IMG/VR virus record: IMGVR_UViG_3300029743_000281
Length of the DNA: 64,000 bases
Strand: one strand, 5' to 3'
Origin: a virus
Lineage: Duplodnaviria > Heunggongvirae > Uroviricota > Caudoviricetes
Below are positions 48,044-57,016 of the stretch, in pieces; within the stretch, counting starts at the first letter, position 1; every line of letters begins with the position of its first letter. Below the pieces are notes generated by a model, which did no database searches, was not told where the DNA came from, and worked only from the letters and a program-made list of their open reading frames with translations. The translations under genes were made by a program, and so were the position numbers.

Positions 48044-48113
48044 GGCGTATCGCCCTCCTTCTACCGCCTAAAGGGCGGTTGCCCGCCCGATAGGTGCCCG
48101 TGCAAGTCGGCGC

Positions 48114-49049
48114 TTATGCGTTGCGCCAGCTTGCGTTGCCCTCCATATTCCGCAGAAGGATCTCCCGTGCTGTTTTGAACTCGTCCCCGATGAAGCCCAG
48201 CCGAAGCATCCAGCACCGCATTGCGTATTTCTCATTGTCAGTCTGCTGGGGCTTGGGGCTTGCGGTCTTCACCATCTTGGCAAGCTGGCTCATTGCGAGG
48301 CAAAGCTGGATGTAGGCTTTCAGCTCACCGGCGTGAAGTCCGTTCTGCTTGCCGTCGCTGGGGTCGGCAAACTGGAAAAGCCGGAATTCAATCGTGCCCT
48401 TGGTGAAGGTGGCGTGGAGGTTCAGCATATGGTATCGGCTTTCATTGTAATGTGCCGTTCTGCCGTAGTTTGCGTGGTTGCCGGCGTACCAGATGTCGGC
48501 AAGCTCGGTCATGGTCGTCGGCTTTCTCTTGTTCAGCTGGTCAAGGAATCGGGGGTCGACCACTCGGCAGTACTGTCCGGTTCTGCCTGCATCGATGCGA
48601 ATCGCTCTGCCGATCTGTTCTTCGTGGGCGGCCATGATGTTGACCAGATTCCGCAGAGTCTTGGGGGTGTGGCTGCCCTTGCCGATGTGGATGTGAACGC
48701 CGCATCCCCGGCTGGGGCTGGACTTTGCGCCAGCCTTGCGGAGCAGTCGGATGATCGCCTGCAAGGTCTCGATGTCCTCGTAGGTAAGGATGGGGGTCAC
48801 CATCTCGCACTTTTCAGCTTCCGGTCCGTGGATGCTGATGTCTCGCTGGAATTTCCAAACCCTGCCCTGCTGGTCCTTGCAAGCCCAGCTCATGTACCCG
48901 TACTCGCCGGCTGCGTACCATGCGGTCGTTCCGAAGAACTCGGCAACCTTTCTGGCTGCTTTCTCGCGGGTGATGTTGTTCATCTCAACCTCGACCCCGA
49001 TGGTCTGCATCTTCATGGCTTCGATCTGCTCTCTGGTCTTATCGTTCAT
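48114..49049 (-). CDS. Amidoligase (Amidoligase_2-like, glutamine-synthetase-like fold)
   Basis: 'QTIGVEVEMNNITR...GCGVHIHIG'; RBS AAAAGGAGATAAACACC then ATG. Confidence 0.7.
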   Translation of the reverse strand: MNDKTREQIEAMKMQTIGVEVEMNNITREKAARKVAEFFGTTAWYAAGEYGYMSWACKDQQGRVWKFQRDISIHGPEAEKCEMVTPILTYEDIETLQAIIRLLRKAGAKSSPSRGCGVHIHIGKGSHTPKTLRNLVNIMAAHEEQIGRAIRIDAGRTGQYCRVVDPRFLDQLNKRKPTTMTELADIWYAGNHANYGRTAHYNESRYHMLNLHATFTKGTIEFRLFQFADPSDGKQNGLHAGELKAYIQLCLAMSQLAKMVKTASPKPQQTDNEKYAMRCWMLRLGFIGDEFKTAREILLRNMEGNASWRNA

Positions 49050-49240
49050 GGTGTTTATCTCCTTTTGTCTTGTTCTGTTCCCCTTGCGGTATGTGCATAT
49101 TACCGTCATGTGGGGAGGATAGCAAGGCCATAAAGGGTCAAATAATCACCGATCATTCAGGGCAAAGATCGTGTACATTATGGCGAGAAATACACTTGAT
49201 ACTGTACATTTTCAGAGTTAATATCGGTACAATGGAAGAA
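49050..49240 (-). repeat. Repeated promoter-leader module, copy 8
   Basis: Same conserved core. Confidence 0.7.
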
Positions 49241-49364
49241 GCTCTCTCTTATCCGGCGGCCCCCATAAGGGGTCAGGAGCTTACGCTCCCGCCTCCTGCG
49301 CCTGGGGTGCGCCGTCAGCCCCACAGTCGGGCTGTGTGGGGGCTTCCGCTGCCGCTTCGGCCGT

Positions 49365-50411
49365 TTAAACGCCGCCGTGTGTCGCCTGTTTTGCGACTTT
49401 CAGCGCATCTCGTTTTGCCTTTTCCTTGACCCGGAACTTTTCGGCATCTTCCTTGGTGCGGAATGCCGCATGACCGGTAAGGTTCTGCATCAGGAGCTTG
49501 CGGATGGTCTTGTGTTCATCCCCGTTCAGACCCAGTCGGATCAGCCAGATGCGAAGTGCGTACTTCTCATTGGCATCGTTGACGGTCTTTGCCTGAATCC
49601 GCTTTTGGGTAACTGCCATCCGGTTCATAGCGGAACAAAGTTCTGTGTATGCACTCACCTTCTCCTGCGTCAGCGGACCGGCAAAGGTCAGGCTGATTTT
49701 TTCTGCCGTGATAGAGATTCCAGTCATGCCGGTTGTGCCGGCACCCAGGCGGTACTCTTCCAGCTCATCCAGCATCTCCTCCACCGTGCGGGTAGATGCC
49801 TGTTCCAAGGCATCCAGCAGGCTGTTCGATACCGAGAAGTTCGTGCCCATTGCTTTGTTCAACAAAGGACCGCGGCTGTACATCAGGTTCAGGAAGTTGC
49901 GGATGCTCTGGGCTGTATGCCCCGCCATCGGTAGGCTGATGGTCAGTTCGTCCACATCCTGCAAGGTCGGCTGTTCGGTCGGAACAGGCGCCTCATCCGC
50001 ATCGGTGTCGTTCACGGTGTCCATCGGCTCATCCTCGTCCACCGGTTCCTGAACTTCCGGGGATTCCTCGGCAGTTGCGCCCGACTCCTCAGTGGGCTGA
50101 GTATCCTCTGTGCTGTCCACGGTCTCATCTGACTCTTCACACTCCGATTCCGTGGTCTCCCCGCAGGCAGCTTCGGTCTCCGGGGTCTCCACGCCTTCTT
50201 CACGGATGATGCCCTCGTCCAGCAGCGTCCGGATGATCTCCGGCGCAGCGTTATCTTCGATCACAAGCGTCCCCTCCTTTTCTACGGTGTAGCTGCCGAC
50301 AATGTAAGCGCACCGCGGCATGAAAGTGTACCGGGAATGAAGCCCGGTCAACTCCATCAGGCGGCTTACCAGCACCTTGCGATCCTCGATGTTCAATGCG
50401 TACTTTTTCAT
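49365..50411 (-). CDS. Amidoligase-like paralog with a long acidic insert
   Basis: C-terminal 80 aa align with amidoligase 48114..49049 (NEKYALRIWLIRLGLNGDEHKTIRKLL vs NEKYAMRCWMLRLGFIGDEFKTAREIL). Confidence 0.55.
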   Translation of the reverse strand: MKKYALNIEDRKVLVSRLMELTGLHSRYTFMPRCAYIVGSYTVEKEGTLVIEDNAAPEIIRTLLDEGIIREEGVETPETEAACGETTESECEESDETVDSTEDTQPTEESGATAEESPEVQEPVDEDEPMDTVNDTDADEAPVPTEQPTLQDVDELTISLPMAGHTAQSIRNFLNLMYSRGPLLNKAMGTNFSVSNSLLDALEQASTRTVEEMLDELEEYRLGAGTTGMTGISITAEKISLTFAGPLTQEKVSAYTELCSAMNRMAVTQKRIQAKTVNDANEKYALRIWLIRLGLNGDEHKTIRKLLMQNLTGHAAFRTKEDAEKFRVKEKAKRDALKVAKQATHGGV

Positions 50412-50619
50412 AGCTTTGTGCTCCTTTGCCTTTGTTTTTTCGGTAGCACATATATCGCTCTAATTCGATAATATAGCAAGGCCATTTAGCGACATTTCTC
50501 ATATTCGACCCATTACACAAACCGTGCCAAACACGACTGTGCAGGATCGTCCGATATGTATGCCCACTGTATCACGGGGGCATTCTAACCTCGCAATACG
50601 GTGGGCCGTTTTATAGGAT
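50412..50619 (-). repeat. Repeated promoter-leader module, copy 9
   Basis: TTGCTA-17-GATATA; same conserved core. Confidence 0.65.
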
Positions 50620-51429
50620 TCAGCCAGCTCCGCCCTCCAGCACAGCGATGCGACGCTCAAACTCTGCCGCCTGGTTTTCCAGTGCTCCGAGTCTCTCGGC
50701 ATCCGTCTTGGGCTTTTCCTCGGTTTCTCCGTCAAGGATCAGGTAGCGTTCCATGACATATCCGGGAATGGTGTCGTAGGTTACAGCACACCAGCCGTCT
50801 CCCTGCCCGGTCACATCCAGCCGGGTACCATTGGGAATCCATGCCAGCCGGTCTGCGGTCTTGGACGGAGCTTGACGCAGACTCAATCGCCCGCCCGTGA
50901 CGGTCGCCTTGTTTCGGGTCTCCTGCATCTTGACTTCGCTCATGTCTGTTTCCTCCTGAGTCGTTCCATAGTCGATGCCCTTCAGCCGGCCACCGTATTT
51001 CCACTTACCGAGCGTTGCATCCCGGTGGATGCTGTTGCCGTTCACCGTAGTGGAACAGTGGGTGATTTCCAGCGGACGCACCTTGGTGACGATGCCTACA
51101 TGATAGTAGTCCAGCAGATCACCGCCATCCGCCTTGTAGCGGTCCGGCAGATTGTAGCTGCTGTCTCCCGGTTTTCGGGCTTTGTAGACGATCTCACCCA
51201 CAAACAGATCAGCAGATTTGATCTCTGCAAAGTCGGTCATCTGTTTCCGGGCTGCGTAGTTACTGCCGTGGATGCCATTCCAGCCTCCACCAGCCCTGCG
51301 GACCGCACCGATGATGAGACCGATGCAGTCACAGGTGCCATCCGTGCCGCTGCCGCCGATGCGATAGTCCGGTTTCGTAGCACAGATGGCTTCGAGCTGC
51401 TCCAGAAAAGCAGCTAGTTTGATGCTCAC
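50620..51429 (-). CDS. NlpC/P60-like cysteine peptidase with C-terminal SH3b domain
   Basis: 'GTCDCIGLIIGA' resembles the NlpC/P60 Cys motif DCSGLV. 'DYYHVGIVTKV' resembles the His motif. C-terminal SH3b-like region. Confidence 0.55.
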   Translation of the reverse strand: MSIKLAAFLEQLEAICATKPDYRIGGSGTDGTCDCIGLIIGAVRRAGGGWNGIHGSNYAARKQMTDFAEIKSADLFVGEIVYKARKPGDSSYNLPDRYKADGGDLLDYYHVGIVTKVRPLEITHCSTTVNGNSIHRDATLGKWKYGGRLKGIDYGTTQEETDMSEVKMQETRNKATVTGGRLSLRQAPSKTADRLAWIPNGTRLDVTGQGDGWCAVTYDTIPGYVMERYLILDGETEEKPKTDAERLGALENQAAEFERRIAVLEGGAG

Positions 51430-53678
51430 TCCGATTCACTTCCGTTCACGGGCAATCCGGCCGCCCATGCGATGCCGGACAGTACAAAAAAGACACACGG
51501 CAGCGCGACACCATTGCCCCAGAGCTTATACTCTGCGGCATCCGAATACGGATCAGCCAGCCACTTACGGATCTGCTTTTCCGTTTTCGGTTTCTTGGCA
51601 TGGGTCACAAGTCTGCGGTGTGTTTCAAACGCATCCTGCCAGAAGGCAAGTTCCTCCTCGGTGGGGTTCTCTGTAGCGAGGTCATGGCACCACCAGTCCG
51701 GAAAACCTTGCAGCCGTGCGCACTCGGTCGGGGTCAGACGGCGGACAGTATAGGATACGGGAGCCGGCTGTGCCTCCGGGTTGTCGATGACCAGCCGGTC
51801 ATTGAAAGCATCCTGCCCGTTGAAGCCGCTGGGATGCGCCCCAGTCGCCACCGTTCCCGACACGCCATCGTTCAGGTGCGGCACCGGTGCTATGGTAGTG
51901 GGGTCCTTAAAGTCCCGGGCCATAAGGGTGGGAGATACATTCTCCTCGACCCTCATGAAGGAGCCGGTGGTCATAGCGTAGACATCTTCCGGTGCGCAGA
52001 CTGCGTGACGGTCAGTGGCATCCAGCGTAAAGCAGACATCTTCGTTGATGCCGTCGCCTTGCGGACCATTCTCGTCTTTGCGACCGATCATGTTGCCCTG
52101 CAGTACGAAGGTCTGCATCTGATCGCTCCGGGTCGCCATGAGCGCACCGGACTTTCCGTGCAGGTCGATCAGCTCATTGCGCTGATTTACATGGAATGCC
52201 GTCACGTCATCCGGCTGCGCCACAAAGGTCTGCTGTTTCATTCCCGGCTGTGCAGACAGCGAACCCGCCGTCTCGCCCAGATCCCGGACTTCATCCCGCT
52301 GGTTCTGGGTAAAGGCAACCGTCTCGACCACACAGATGCCGCCCTGGTTACAGGTCGGGTCACCGCCGCTGCGATCCAGCGTCCGGGAAGTTTCCGCTTC
52401 ATAGAATCCGCTGTGGGGGTTATCCGACATCATGGAATGGCTGGCTTTCGAGCAGACACCGTAGCACTTCGGGACGAATACAGTTTGGTCATTGTTGCAG
52501 CCGAGGGTGGCGGACTTATCCTCCTGCCAGATGGCGCCCTTGCCGCCTCCTTCACACCCAGAGCGAATCTTCAGCGTGACGGCCGGCAAGTTTTCCACCC
52601 CTTCCCTACTGTTTTCCACGCCATCCAGAACCAGCGGAACATTGCCGCCGCCCGTACCGCATCTACTGGTCAGAGTCTGTACCTTGCCATCCTTGGAAAT
52701 TTTCACTCGACTGTCAGTCGGATGATTTTCCAAAGCGATGGCGGCAGGCACGACTCCGGCCCGGAGTGTAGGAGAACGTTCTTCCTCATATCCGATGCTC
52801 CTCGCATTGGCGGAGTGTTCGGTGCAAAAACCTGCGGATTCCAAAACGCAAGGCGGGTGATGTGCCTCTGCACGGAGAATGGAGGTCACCTCTTCGGTCA
52901 CATCCATCCTCTCCCCACCCTGATCGTTCAGGCATATTCTTCCGCAGCAGCCTGCCGTTCCAGTGCCGCCTTCAGCACCGGAGGCAGCTCTTTGCCACGC
53001 ACGGAAGCTCTCCGCAGAATACCCAGACACGCCTTCGGACTCAAATAATACTTTTGGAGCACCGTGGTCTGCAAAATCTGCGACAAGGTAGATGCGTTTT
53101 CTCCTTTGGGGTACGCCCCACCATTGAGCGTCAAGAACTCGATATGCGACGCTCCATCCGTCTCCCAGATAGTAATCTGCATCGGGCCAGCCTTTTTTGT
53201 CAGGCGCAGGCACCTCGGTGGACGGTTCCTTAACACCGATGACGGCTTCGAGGACTGCCTTGAAGTCCTGTCCTTTGTTTGAGGAGAAGGCCCCCGGCAC
53301 ATTCTCCCACACGATAAATCTTGGTTTTGCTCCATTGGTCTTACACCTCATTTCCTTCACGATTCGAATCGCTTCATAGAACAGGCTGGACCGTGAACCA
53401 TCCAGACCGTCTCTTTTACCGGCAATGGACATATCCTGACAAGGACTGCCAAAGGTGATGATATCCACCGGCGGCAAGTCTGCGCCGTTGATGGCGGACA
53501 CATCTCCGTAGTGCTTCACCTCCGGCAGACGCTTGGTCGTGACCCGGATGGCGAAGGGCTCCACTTCGCTGCTCCACAGCGGCGTGATACAGCCTGTCAG
53601 TAAACCGCCCAAAGGAAAACCCCCGGAGCCATCAAAGAGGCTGCCGAGGGTCAGTTGGATATTCGATTCGGTGCTCAT
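51426..53678 (-). CDS. DNA (cytosine-5)-methyltransferase, large (750 aa)
   Basis: Motif I 'FDGSGGF', motif IV 'GSPCQDMSIAG', motif VI 'ENVPG'. Confidence 0.85.
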   Translation of the reverse strand: MSTESNIQLTLGSLFDGSGGFPLGGLLTGCITPLWSSEVEPFAIRVTTKRLPEVKHYGDVSAINGADLPPVDIITFGSPCQDMSIAGKRDGLDGSRSSLFYEAIRIVKEMRCKTNGAKPRFIVWENVPGAFSSNKGQDFKAVLEAVIGVKEPSTEVPAPDKKGWPDADYYLGDGWSVAYRVLDAQWWGVPQRRKRIYLVADFADHGAPKVLFESEGVSGYSAESFRAWQRAASGAEGGTGTAGCCGRICLNDQGGERMDVTEEVTSILRAEAHHPPCVLESAGFCTEHSANARSIGYEEERSPTLRAGVVPAAIALENHPTDSRVKISKDGKVQTLTSRCGTGGGNVPLVLDGVENSREGVENLPAVTLKIRSGCEGGGKGAIWQEDKSATLGCNNDQTVFVPKCYGVCSKASHSMMSDNPHSGFYEAETSRTLDRSGGDPTCNQGGICVVETVAFTQNQRDEVRDLGETAGSLSAQPGMKQQTFVAQPDDVTAFHVNQRNELIDLHGKSGALMATRSDQMQTFVLQGNMIGRKDENGPQGDGINEDVCFTLDATDRHAVCAPEDVYAMTTGSFMRVEENVSPTLMARDFKDPTTIAPVPHLNDGVSGTVATGAHPSGFNGQDAFNDRLVIDNPEAQPAPVSYTVRRLTPTECARLQGFPDWWCHDLATENPTEEELAFWQDAFETHRRLVTHAKKPKTEKQIRKWLADPYSDAAEYKLWGNGVALPCVFFVLSGIAWAAGLPVNGSESE

Positions 53679-54445
53679 ACAGCCTCCTCTCCGAGCATCT
53701 GCTCTTTGGCTTTCAGGTAGAAATCCCTTGACACTTCAAATCCGTAGCTGTCACGTCCCAGTTCTCTGGCAGCCCGGAGCGTTGCACCGCTGCCGGCGCA
53801 AGGGTCGATGACCACATCTCCGGGATCGGTAAAGATCTTGATCAGGCGTTTCAGCACGGACACCGGTTTCTGGGACGGATGGATCTTCGGATAGTCCTTG
53901 CCATCCCGTTTCCAGTCAAACCAATTGAAGATCATGTGGGACTTGCCGTCCTCGCCGACGTTGTTGAACTTCGGGAGCTTGCCCCGGTACAAGACCAGCG
54001 CATACTCCGTTGCACCCACGATCTTCATGTTGGCTTTCAAAACCTGCGGGCTGTAGTTCTTACAGAAGGTCAGCGGGATATAGTTCTTGAAGCCGTACTT
54101 CTCAGCTTCCGTGATGACCTTGGGGATCTGCTGGAACGCACAGAACACGATCATGCACGGTGCGCCCTTTTCCCCTTTCATGGGTTCTTTCTTCAGCAGC
54201 CGGTTACAGAAATGGAAATATTCTGCGATATTGAAAGTGAAGTCGGTGTTGAATGCCGCTTTCCGGGCCTTATCGCTCTCTCCATTCCGGTTATCTCCGT
54301 CCACATACCAATCCGGGCGGCTGGCGTAGAAGTCCGACCCGATGTTATACGGGATGTCGGCGATCACCAGCTGTGCCTTGGGGATGTTGTAGGACTTGAA
54401 GTTCTGGAAGTTGTTATGGAACAGGACACATCTGGGTTCAGTCAT
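53675..54445 (-). CDS. DNA N6-adenine/N4-cytosine methyltransferase (N6_N4_Mtase family)
   Basis: 'LVIADIPYN' DPPY-type motif and C-terminal 'VIDPCAGSGATL'. Confidence 0.8.
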   Translation of the reverse strand: MTEPRCVLFHNNFQNFKSYNIPKAQLVIADIPYNIGSDFYASRPDWYVDGDNRNGESDKARKAAFNTDFTFNIAEYFHFCNRLLKKEPMKGEKGAPCMIVFCAFQQIPKVITEAEKYGFKNYIPLTFCKNYSPQVLKANMKIVGATEYALVLYRGKLPKFNNVGEDGKSHMIFNWFDWKRDGKDYPKIHPSQKPVSVLKRLIKIFTDPGDVVIDPCAGSGATLRAARELGRDSYGFEVSRDFYLKAKEQMLGEEAV

Positions 54446-55706
54446 CTGCGTCCTCCTGTTCCGGCTGAAAGGACGCCACCTCATCGAACTTCAGCTTTTG
54501 ACCGTCACGGAGGACATACACATCCTCGTAGCGACCTTCGCTGTGTTCGATATAGCGCTTGACGATAACATCCACGAACTTGGGGTCAAGCTCAATGCCC
54601 CGGCACACCCGGTCAGTCTCCTCACAGGCGATCAAGGTCGAGCCGCTGCCGAGGAAGGGGTCAAGGACGATGCCGTTGGTCATGGTGGAGTTGCGGATGG
54701 GATAGCTCATCAGGCCGATGGGCTTCATGGTCGGGTGATCTTTGTTTGCTTTGGGACGGTCGTACTCCCAGATGGTGGTCTGCTTACGGTCGGAGTACCA
54801 CTGGTGCTTGCCCTTCAGTTTCCACCCATAGAGGCAGGGTTCATGCTGCCACTGATAGGGACTGCGACCCAGCACCAGAGCATTCTTTTTCCAGATGCAG
54901 CAACCGGACAGATAGAATCCCGCATCCTTGAACGCCTTTCGGAAATTCAGACCTTCCGTATCGGCGTGGAAGATGTAGATGGAACCGTCATCCGCCAGAT
55001 GACCGTGCATCTGCTTAAACGCCGCCAGCAGGAACTCGTAGAATTCCGAGTCGCCCATGTTGTCGTTCATGATCTTACCGGCCGATTCTTCCACATCTAC
55101 ATTGTACGGGGGATCGGAAAGCACAAGGTTGGCCTTCACGCCGTCCATCAGGGTATCGTAGCACTCAGCCTTCGTAGAATCACCGCACAGAACACGGTGC
55201 CGGCCCAGCATCCAAAGGTCACCTGCCTGCGAGAAGGTCGGCTGCTTCATCTCAGATTCCACATCGAAGTCATCTTCCTTGATGTCCTTGTCGTGGACCT
55301 TGTTGAACAGCGTCTCGATCTCAGGCGGCTCAAAGCCCGTCTTGCCCAGGTCGAAGTTGGAGTTCTCGATATCCTTCAGCAGGTCAGCCAGCAGGGAATC
55401 ATCCCACGCGCCGGTGATCTTGTTGAGCGCAATGTTCAGAGCTTTTTCTCGGTTCTTGTCGATGTCCACCACCGCACAAGGCACTTCGGTATAACCCAGT
55501 GCCATCGCAACGGTCAGGCGTTGATGGCCGCCGATGATCGTCATATCGGCATTGACCACCAGCGGATCGGCAAAACCAAACTCCTCAATGGAGTTCTTAA
55601 TCTTCTCGTACTCCTTGTCCCCCGGCTTCAGCTTTTTTCGGGGATTGTATGCAGCCGGCTTGAGTACGGTCACCGGCAGCATTTTCAGTTCAGCAGTTGC
55701 TTTCAT
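54438..55706 (-). CDS. ParB-like nuclease domain fused to a DNA methyltransferase
   Basis: N-terminal ParB-like 'LKPAAYNPRK...GGHQRL'; C-terminal 'LVLSDPPYN' and 'VLDPFLGSGSTLIAC'. Confidence 0.8.
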   Translation of the reverse strand: MKATAELKMLPVTVLKPAAYNPRKKLKPGDKEYEKIKNSIEEFGFADPLVVNADMTIIGGHQRLTVAMALGYTEVPCAVVDIDKNREKALNIALNKITGAWDDSLLADLLKDIENSNFDLGKTGFEPPEIETLFNKVHDKDIKEDDFDVESEMKQPTFSQAGDLWMLGRHRVLCGDSTKAECYDTLMDGVKANLVLSDPPYNVDVEESAGKIMNDNMGDSEFYEFLLAAFKQMHGHLADDGSIYIFHADTEGLNFRKAFKDAGFYLSGCCIWKKNALVLGRSPYQWQHEPCLYGWKLKGKHQWYSDRKQTTIWEYDRPKANKDHPTMKPIGLMSYPIRNSTMTNGIVLDPFLGSGSTLIACEETDRVCRGIELDPKFVDVIVKRYIEHSEGRYEDVYVLRDGQKLKFDEVASFQPEQEDADD

Positions 55707-55950
55707 GTAGTTCCTCCCAGTTCAGATTCACACACGCATGACCTCGGAGAACGGTACGAAAAAGGAGCCGAACTCAAAGCCCGACTCCAATTCATCGCTG
55801 TCCCCGCCCATCTCCGACTGCGGTTTTTCCGTAATCGGATACCATTCCGGGTCTTTCTCGTTCATGGATGCAAGGACCCTGTCCTCTGCATGGTCAATCG
55901 CGTGTACACAGATGCCTGCGGTGTTGCAGACTGCAAATACGCCAATCACT

Positions 55951-56253
55951 TTATTTTCCAATGCTGCTCTCTCCCTTCGCCCTGCCTTTATTGGCACAGG
56001 CTCGACTGCAATATTTTCTCGGAAGTCCGTACTGGTGCCGATAGGAAAACTCTCTGCCGCACATCGGGCAGACCTTTGACCACACGGTCTTCCAGTTCTG
56101 CGGTCTTGGGTGGGTGTTGTTCCACTTGGATCGGCATTCCGGGGAACAGAATTTTCTCGGTCGTCCCCGATGGTTCGGAACGATGGCAGCACCACACTGC
56201 GGACAGAAGGAAAATGCCATGTCCTTGATCATCTCGGCCGTGTAATCTTCCAT
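55951..56253 (-). CDS. Zinc-ribbon protein (two CxxC pairs x2)
   Basis: 'CPQCG...CSPEC...CPMCG...CSRAC'. Confidence 0.5.
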   Translation of the reverse strand: MEDYTAEMIKDMAFSFCPQCGAAIVPNHRGRPRKFCSPECRSKWNNTHPRPQNWKTVWSKVCPMCGREFSYRHQYGLPRKYCSRACANKGRAKGESSIGK

Positions 56254-56362
56254 CCATCCTCACCCCGTCCTCATTTTTCGCCGTTTCTATGTCAGTTCCA
56301 GTGGAAAATCTCAAAAAGCATACGAAAAGAATCGAAGCGGCAGCCGGCCCTGCCCCGCCGGG

Positions 56363-57013
56363 TTAGCTTGTTTTTGCGGCGTCCGGCTGCTGCTGGCTTC
56401 TCCATGTCCCGGAACAAGCTAAAACGTGCGAAAAAGCCCATGTTGCAAGGGTTTTCACACGCTTTGGTTCATTTCGGGGGAAAACAAAAGGCACCGGAGC
56501 GTTCACCCCGATGCCATCATCTTCACCTTGTTCATTTTGCGCCGTTAATTCCGGGACCCCCGGCCTATGAATTTTGCGTTTTTTTACACGAAAGGGGCCA
56601 CCGGTCTTCTGTTGACTTCGCCACAGAGAAGTGACCCCGGCCCCCGGTGGGGGTCTGTAGCGGTACACCGGGTGGATGTCTTTGGTCAGAGTCTTGCGGT
56701 CATGGCAGGCTTTGCACATCGGCTGCCAGTTTGCTTCGTCCCAGAATAGTCCGGAATCGCCACGGTGCGGTGTGATATGGTCTACCACGGTGGCTTTCGT
56801 GTATCTCCCCTGCCTCATGCACTCGGCGCAGAGCGGATGGGCTTGGAGGTACTGCCTGCTTATTTTTTGCCACTGTCTTGTATAGCCACGCTTACCCGCT
56901 GGGCGTGTGACTTCCGGGTGCAGCGGCAGATGCTTCGCACAGTAAAGGCTGCCCGGCTCAACCAGCTCCGGGCAACCGGGGTGTCGGCACGGCACCTTGG
57001 GTCTGCGGGGCAT
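56363..57013 (-). CDS. HNH endonuclease
   Basis: 'CAECMRQGRYTKATVVDHITPHRGD...NWQPMCKACHDRKT'. Confidence 0.75.
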   Translation of the reverse strand: MPRRPKVPCRHPGCPELVEPGSLYCAKHLPLHPEVTRPAGKRGYTRQWQKISRQYLQAHPLCAECMRQGRYTKATVVDHITPHRGDSGLFWDEANWQPMCKACHDRKTLTKDIHPVYRYRPPPGAGVTSLWRSQQKTGGPFRVKKRKIHRPGVPELTAQNEQGEDDGIGVNAPVPFVFPRNEPKRVKTLATWAFSHVLACSGTWRSQQQPDAAKTS

Positions 57014-57016
57014 GGG

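Noticed and set aside
42035-50619. Possibility that the nine-fold repeat is a CRISPR array
   Set aside because: Repeat units are 100-200 bp with internal divergence, not 25-40 bp. Intervening segments are 200-1900 bp and carry RBS-led protein-coding genes. No cas genes present.
55728-55865. Small ORF (MNEKDPEWYPITEKPQSEMGGDSDELESGFEFGSFFVPFSEVMRV) between the ParB-MTase and the zinc-ribbon gene
   Set aside because: No convincing RBS and the longer track ORF has odd composition; could be real but is unsupported.
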